From Spirochaetia bacterium (GTDB taxonomy: Bacteria; Spirochaetota; Spirochaetia; SZUA-6; Bin103), in the NCBI GenBank assembly GCA_965203905.1, contig CBDBDQ010000005.1, positions 1,344,001-1,408,000 of the forward strand: a stretch of DNA of 64,000 nucleotides, given 5' to 3'. Each line of letters opens with the position of its first letter. Position 1 is the first letter of the stretch. Shown piece by piece: positions 59,586 through 64,000 of this stretch. Under the pieces are notes generated by a model that saw only the letters and a list, made by a program, of their open reading frames with translations, was not told the origin of the DNA and did not search any database. The translations under genes and the position numbers were made by a program.

Positions 59586-60072
59586 CCGAGCGCAGCAGGC
59601 GTGCCGACTGATCGGCGCCAGCCGGTGATGATGTCTCGCACGTGACAATAAGCAAAGCACAATAAGCAAAGCGCCGGCAGCGATAACCGGGCAGCAGTGC
59701 GTTCGGGCGCGACGTGGACTATGCAGCGGAGCCACCAGTTCGGCTGGCGCTGTCGGTCGCCGAGTTGCGCTACTAACCGCAACGCCGCCCGCTAACCCGG
59801 TTGGTAGTCCGAATGCTTGGCCGCGTTCTCAGTCCTACCAATCCTGGTAGGGACTCTCGGGCAATCGTGTCAGAGGATCGTTCTCGTCAGTCACCCGACT
59901 CCGACCTGCGTGCAAGGCATGCGCGACCGCGCGCCCACCCTCGGCAAGCGATCCCACCCGCTTCGGAGGGCGTAGAGCCGGTGCCTGGGAAGGCGGCTGG
60001 GGACGCAGGTTAGTGGATGCGATGGTATTCGCTTATGGCGCAGGCTTCGAATGTGCAAGAGAGGAGATTCAA

Positions 60073-61152
60073 GTGAAGTTTCGTCGACTCAGTAGACTGC
60101 TGGCGGTTTCCGCTGCCGTCGCCACGATGGTGTTCTTGGCAGGTTGCCCAAGGGCGGTCAAGACGCCGATCAGTTTCGCCGCTGGTGACCTTACGCTGAC
60201 GCTACCGGCAATGGTGAAAGGCACGGCCATCTCCGCAGTCGTGTTGCCGGAGGCGTCCGGGGGAGAAGGTGCTTTTACCTATGCCCTGGCTCCCGAGGTC
60301 CCGGGCCTCACGTTCGACCCCGAGACCCGACAGTTGAGCGGGACACCGACTGCGGCCGGAAGCTATCCGCTGCGTTACACGGCAACGGATGAAGACGGCG
60401 CCTCGGTCACCCTGAGCTTCCCTGTCATGGTAAGACCGACGCTGTGGGGCTCTTGGCGTAACACCAGCAGATGGCACCATGACGGAGAAGTGGGAACGAT
60501 CGTGAAGACTCTGACGTTTACCAAGAGCAGGTATATCCTGTATGAGTCGTTGAATAGAGAGGACGGTTCGTTGTACCGCAGGCATTGGCAGAATGGTGCC
60601 TGGACAGCGTCTGACGACACCGTGACGAAGACTTGGTATCACTATAACGAAGACGGCGAGACTTCAGCCGTCCTCACGAGTCTGGAAAAGGACTATGTAC
60701 TATCGGATGAAGGTAACACATTGTTCGTTCCGGACTGGTGGGATTCCGCCGGCGTGGAGACGAGGTTTACGCGCTACGAGCGCGTGCATAATGTATCGCC
60801 ATCGTCGGTAGTGGGCGTATGGCAGAACTCCGAGCGGTCGGACGATCGGGACTTTGCGCTTACGGTAAACGCCGATGGCACGTTGTTATTTGATTATTCG
60901 GAGCCCGAAGGAGTTCATACGGTGACTGCAAAGTGGCAGCTCGATGAGGATGAGTACTATCTCAATCTGACCGACGCTAGCGCCACCTGGACCCTAACCG
61001 GTGGAGTACCGCAACCTGGAACCTCTGCGCCTCGGTTTGCCTTTGCTCCTACCGATCAGTGGCCGGACGAGATGATAGTGTCCTTCTTCCAGGAAGACCC
61101 GACCGACTATAGAAAGTTCGGGCTCTATTGGTTGCACTTCCAACGGCAATAG
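60073..61152 (+). CDS. Array lipoprotein 4
   Basis: GTG start, lipobox LAGC, same architecture with a more diverged first lipocalin-like repeat. Confidence 0.9.
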   Translation: MKFRRLSRLLAVSAAVATMVFLAGCPRAVKTPISFAAGDLTLTLPAMVKGTAISAVVLPEASGGEGAFTYALAPEVPGLTFDPETRQLSGTPTAAGSYPLRYTATDEDGASVTLSFPVMVRPTLWGSWRNTSRWHHDGEVGTIVKTLTFTKSRYILYESLNREDGSLYRRHWQNGAWTASDDTVTKTWYHYNEDGETSAVLTSLEKDYVLSDEGNTLFVPDWWDSAGVETRFTRYERVHNVSPSSVVGVWQNSERSDDRDFALTVNADGTLLFDYSEPEGVHTVTAKWQLDEDEYYLNLTDASATWTLTGGVPQPGTSAPRFAFAPTDQWPDEMIVSFFQEDPTDYRKFGLYWLHFQRQ

Positions 61153-61421
61153 TCGAATTGCGCCGCGTACTCAACTTCCGATGCCCCATCCTCTGCGAGG
61201 CTTCTTGCGGCTGTGGCGCTGGCGGCGTGACCTCGGTTGGCGTGGTCCACTGATACGGGATGCTCTCCGCGGGAGACTGCAGCGGCGGGCGTCATGCCGG
61301 CTCATCCGACTGGAGAAGGTGTCTCACCGGCCTCGTGAGACTGCTATCGGCAAGGAGATCAGGCAGGACGACGATCCTGCCTGATCGGTCTACGAAACGA
61401 TCTGATTTGTCGGTCATGAAC

Positions 61422-61502
61422 TTGCCGCCGTTGGTGACGCACATCTCACGGCAGGCGGACTTGGTACGCATCGTGCTAGCGGTCGTCGAGTTGGGCTACT
61501 AA
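61422..61502 (+). pseudogene. Internally deleted paralogue of the LuxR-type regulator
   Basis: LPPLVTH (compare LPPLVVH at 49866-49886) is joined at GCAC to HISRQADLVRIVLAVVELGY* (compare HISRQPDLVRLVLSVAELGY*). Confidence 0.85.
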
Positions 61503-61783
61503 CCACAACGCCGCCCGCCTCCTCGGTGGACGCCCGATTGCTTGGCTGCGTTCTCAGCCCTACCAATCCTGGTAGGGATTCTCGGGCAATCGTGTCAGAG
61601 GATCGTTCCCGTCAGTCACCCAACTCCGACCTACGTACAAGGCATGCGCAGCTGCACGCTCCGGAGGGCGTAGAGCAAATGCTTGGGAAGGGGGTTGGGG
61701 TTGGGGGTTGGGAACTCAGGTTAGTGGATGCGAAGGTATTCGCTTATGGCGCAGGCTTCGAAGGTGCAAGAGAGGAGATTCAA

Positions 61784-62908
61784 GTGAAGTTTCGTCGACT
61801 CAGTAGACTGCTGGCGGTGTCCGCTGCCGTCGCCGCGGTGGTGTTCTTGGCAGGTTGCCCAAGGGCGGTCAAGACGCCGATCAGTTTCGCCGCGGGCGAC
61901 CTTACGCTGACGCTACCGGCAATGGTGATAGGCACGGCCATCTCCGCAGTCGTGTTGCCGGAGGCGTCCGGGGGAGAAGGTGCTTTCACCTATGCCTTGG
62001 CTCCCGAGGTCCCGGGCCTTACGTTCGACCCCGAGACCCGGCAGTTGAGCGGGACACCGACTGCGGCCGGAATCTATCCGTTGCGTTACACGGCAACGGA
62101 TGAAGATGGCGACGCGGCCACCCTAAGCTTCACGGTTACGGTACGACCGACGCTGTGGGGCTCTTGGCACAATACCCATGGATGGGGAGACGGGGGAACA
62201 GAAGTGGAAACTCGGACGTTTACCAACAGCAGGTACATCATATATCGGTCGTACTATCACAAGGACGGTTCGTTTGACGGCAGCTGGCAGGAGAGTGGTA
62301 CTTGGACGGCATCTGACGACACGGTGACGAGGACTTGGTATTACGACGACGACGGCGACCCCGAGACTCCGCGAATCCGGAGGAGTCTGGACTCGGACTA
62401 TGTATGGGCGGATGAGGCGCACAATGTGTTGTTTATTCCCTTCTGGGAACCTTGGCCTGACACTCACGTGGACCCGGGTTTCCGTCGCTACGAGCGCGTG
62501 CAAAATGTATCGCCGTCTTCGGTAGTCGGCGTATGGCAGAGGTCGGACATGGGGGACGATTGGTCTGTCGTTGACACGCTTACGGTGAACGCCGATGGCA
62601 CGTTGCTATATGAGAATTCGTGGTCTGGACGAGAGTCCGGAGGAGTTTGGGAGATGACTGCAAACTGGCAGCTTGTTGAGGATGAGTACTATCTCAATCT
62701 GACCGACGCTAGCGCCACCTGGACCCCAACCGGTGGAGTACCGGAACCGGACTCCTCTTTTCTGGGTGCATCCAGGTTTGCCTACGCTCCTACCCATCAG
62801 TGGCCGGACGAGATGATAGTGTCGCCCTTCTGGCACGAAGACCCGGCCTATGGTGACAGAAATTATAGAGAGTTCGGAAACTACTGGATGACCCTCCAAC
62901 GGCAATAG
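61784..62908 (+). CDS. Array lipoprotein 5
   Basis: GTG start, lipobox LAGC, same architecture. Confidence 0.9.
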   Translation: MKFRRLSRLLAVSAAVAAVVFLAGCPRAVKTPISFAAGDLTLTLPAMVIGTAISAVVLPEASGGEGAFTYALAPEVPGLTFDPETRQLSGTPTAAGIYPLRYTATDEDGDAATLSFTVTVRPTLWGSWHNTHGWGDGGTEVETRTFTNSRYIIYRSYYHKDGSFDGSWQESGTWTASDDTVTRTWYYDDDGDPETPRIRRSLDSDYVWADEAHNVLFIPFWEPWPDTHVDPGFRRYERVQNVSPSSVVGVWQRSDMGDDWSVVDTLTVNADGTLLYENSWSGRESGGVWEMTANWQLVEDEYYLNLTDASATWTPTGGVPEPDSSFLGASRFAYAPTHQWPDEMIVSPFWHEDPAYGDRNYREFGNYWMTLQRQ

Positions 62909-63012
62909 TCGAATTGCGCCACGCGCCTGGACTCGGCCTACAACGGACTTGGCCCGTGGTGGAACGCCGGAGCGTCGCACACGAATGCGACGCTTCCGGA
63001 ACAAAGCCCTAC

Positions 63013-63245
63013 TTCGGTAGAAGAGGGGAGCCTTGAGAGCAAAATATGTATATCTGACACAGGCTCTGTGCCTGTCATTACTGTTGTCAGGCACACAAGG
63101 GAAAGGATGTTGCACATCATGGAGCACGAACTCTTCCATGGGCACCAATACGAATACGGGCCCGACTCCGGCCCGAGTGCCGACAAGTGCAACCTGAAAC
63201 CCTGGCGAGACTCAGCGGAAGGTCGGGCTTGGAAAGCGGCCTAGA
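63013..63245 (+). pseudogene. Heavily deleted remnant of a paralogue of the zincin lipoprotein N-terminal module
   Basis: CTTGAGAGCAA...CTGTCATTACTGTTG matches the start of 56538. CACGAACTCTTCCAT (HELFH) corresponds to HELMH, and GAAGGTCGGGCTTGG to GAAGGCAGGGCTTGG. Confidence 0.75.
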
Positions 63246-63409
63246 ATGCCGATCGTGACGCCGGTCTTCGAGATCCCTTGGATGATTATGTGGGATAAGA
63301 TCCAACCCACCAGGAAGGCCACCGAAGGCTCAGCCGAGTTCTGGGCTTGGTGGCGTCGAGCCGAGCCTGGTCACCAGAGCCAAGTCCGCGACCTCTGCAA
63401 AATCGCCAC

Positions 63410-63535
63410 CTCACGGTGTGCACTGATGGAGCATTGGTGGACAAGTCGCTCCTCCGCCAGTTCCTCGGGACGCTGGATGCTGCCATCATGCGCAAGGTCT
63501 GCCGGGCTGTCGCCATCGCTACGGGCTGCGGCTGA
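63410..63535 (+). pseudogene. Probable C-terminal fragment of a MazF/PemK-family toxin
   Basis: TVCTDGALVDKSLLRQFLGTLDAAIMRKVCRAVAIATGC resembles the PemK C-terminal helix region. No N-terminus or antitoxin is present. Confidence 0.55.
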
Positions 63536-63671
63536 GCTCAGGGGTCGGCGCACGTATGCCGACGCGGCGGCTGGACAGCGCCAGGCCGCGTTGTGCGACT
63601 GGATGGGACGCCCCGCCGGCCTCGGAAATTGCGCACGAGTCTGACTCCGTGCGCCGGGCGGGGCCCCCTGC

Positions 63672-64000
63672 TCAAGAGCCCCACACCCGTTCAAACAGGC
63701 GCAGCCAGTTGCCTCCCAGCAGCTTGCCGATCTCTTCGGCGCGGTAGCCGCGGGCGGCCAGCGCGGCGGCCAGGTTGGGCAGCTCGGCCGGGGTTTCGAT
63801 TCCCTGCGGCTGGAAGCTCAGCTCGGTGTACGGGATCGAGCCGTCGGCAAAGGTCGAAGGAAACCGGGTGCCTTGCTGGGAACCGATGTAATGCCAGAAC
63901 TCCAGTGGCTGATCGTGGGTGGAATCGGTGCCGAAGGCCACGTGGTCGATGCCGATCCGCTGCACCAGGTCGTCGATGGCGTCGACGAAGTCCTCCACCG
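63672..64000 (-). CDS. Membrane dipeptidase (M19), 3' portion; the gene begins beyond the window
   Basis: IGIDHVAFGTD...LAARGY..EEIGKLLGGNWLRLFERVW. Confidence 0.9.
   Translation of the reverse strand, partial: VEDFVDAIDDLVQRIGIDHVAFGTDSTHDQPLEFWHYIGSQQGTRFPSTFADGSIPYTELSFQPQGIETPAELPNLAAALAARGYRAEEIGKLLGGNWLRLFERVWGS

Larger units (their letters stand above)
50156..62920 (+). repeat. Tandem array of five cassettes: regulator 3' tail + ~300-bp leader + Ig-lipoprotein gene + ~250-bp trailer
   Basis: Leader palindrome at 50259, 53253, 54921, 59834 and 61559. Regulator tails end at 50201, 51883, ~54869, 59776 and 61502. Each gene ends CAACGGCAATAG followed by TCGAATTG. Confidence 0.95.

Noticed and set aside
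50238-61783. N-terminal extensions of array ORFs (MLGCVLSPTNPGRDSR...) and small trailer ORFs (MRHPLRDFLRLWRW...)
   Set aside because: Frames differ between copies because of indels. The true starts are marked by GAGGAG and lipoprotein signal peptides.
50156-62920. Classical integron (attC) or diversity-generating retroelement explanation for the lipoprotein array
   Set aside because: No intI or reverse transcriptase is present in the window. GTTGGGC fits GTTRRRY but lies inside regulator coding sequence, and the local stem is too short for attC. Variation includes indels and block swaps, not adenine-specific changes against a template repeat.

Overview
GC-rich bacterial window mixing housekeeping genes with a large accessory fraction. 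The housekeeping set is the coxA-type cytochrome c oxidase operon, apt, fdhA, a K+ channel, a sulfatase, GHL6/GHL10 hydrolases, an Ldh_2 oxidoreductase and an RNA ligase. At the left end a GAF-PAS histidine kinase is split by a 4,157-bp IS21-family element (373-4529, AATG duplication). That element carries an unusual internal array of ~340-342-bp non-coding repeats. The right end (49.0-63.2 kb) holds the most system-like feature: a PAS/LuxR-type regulator followed by five mosaic Ig-domain lipoprotein paralogues. Each paralogue is preceded by the 3' end of the regulator gene (intact for the first, eroded copies for the others) and a conserved ~300-bp leader with an invariant palindrome CCTACCAATCCTGGTAGG. 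A degenerate copy of the palindrome lies upstream of the regulator. The array also contains a double-zincin lipoprotein, a remnant of it, and an ISAzo13 insertion. Other observations: a 1,558-aa autotransporter with a P53-(EPP)53 stalk; two promoter-plus-terminator small-RNA candidates, one with a sigma28-type promoter; a ~90-bp non-coding element present twice; a DUF222-like HNH protein; TMTC-like, ceramidase-like and FUN14 proteins; and many internally deleted shards of genes found intact elsewhere in the window. No rRNA, tRNA or CRISPR array was seen. The gene content suggests a host-associated (for example marine invertebrate) symbiont, but that is inference only. All family calls come from motif recognition by eye, not from database searches.
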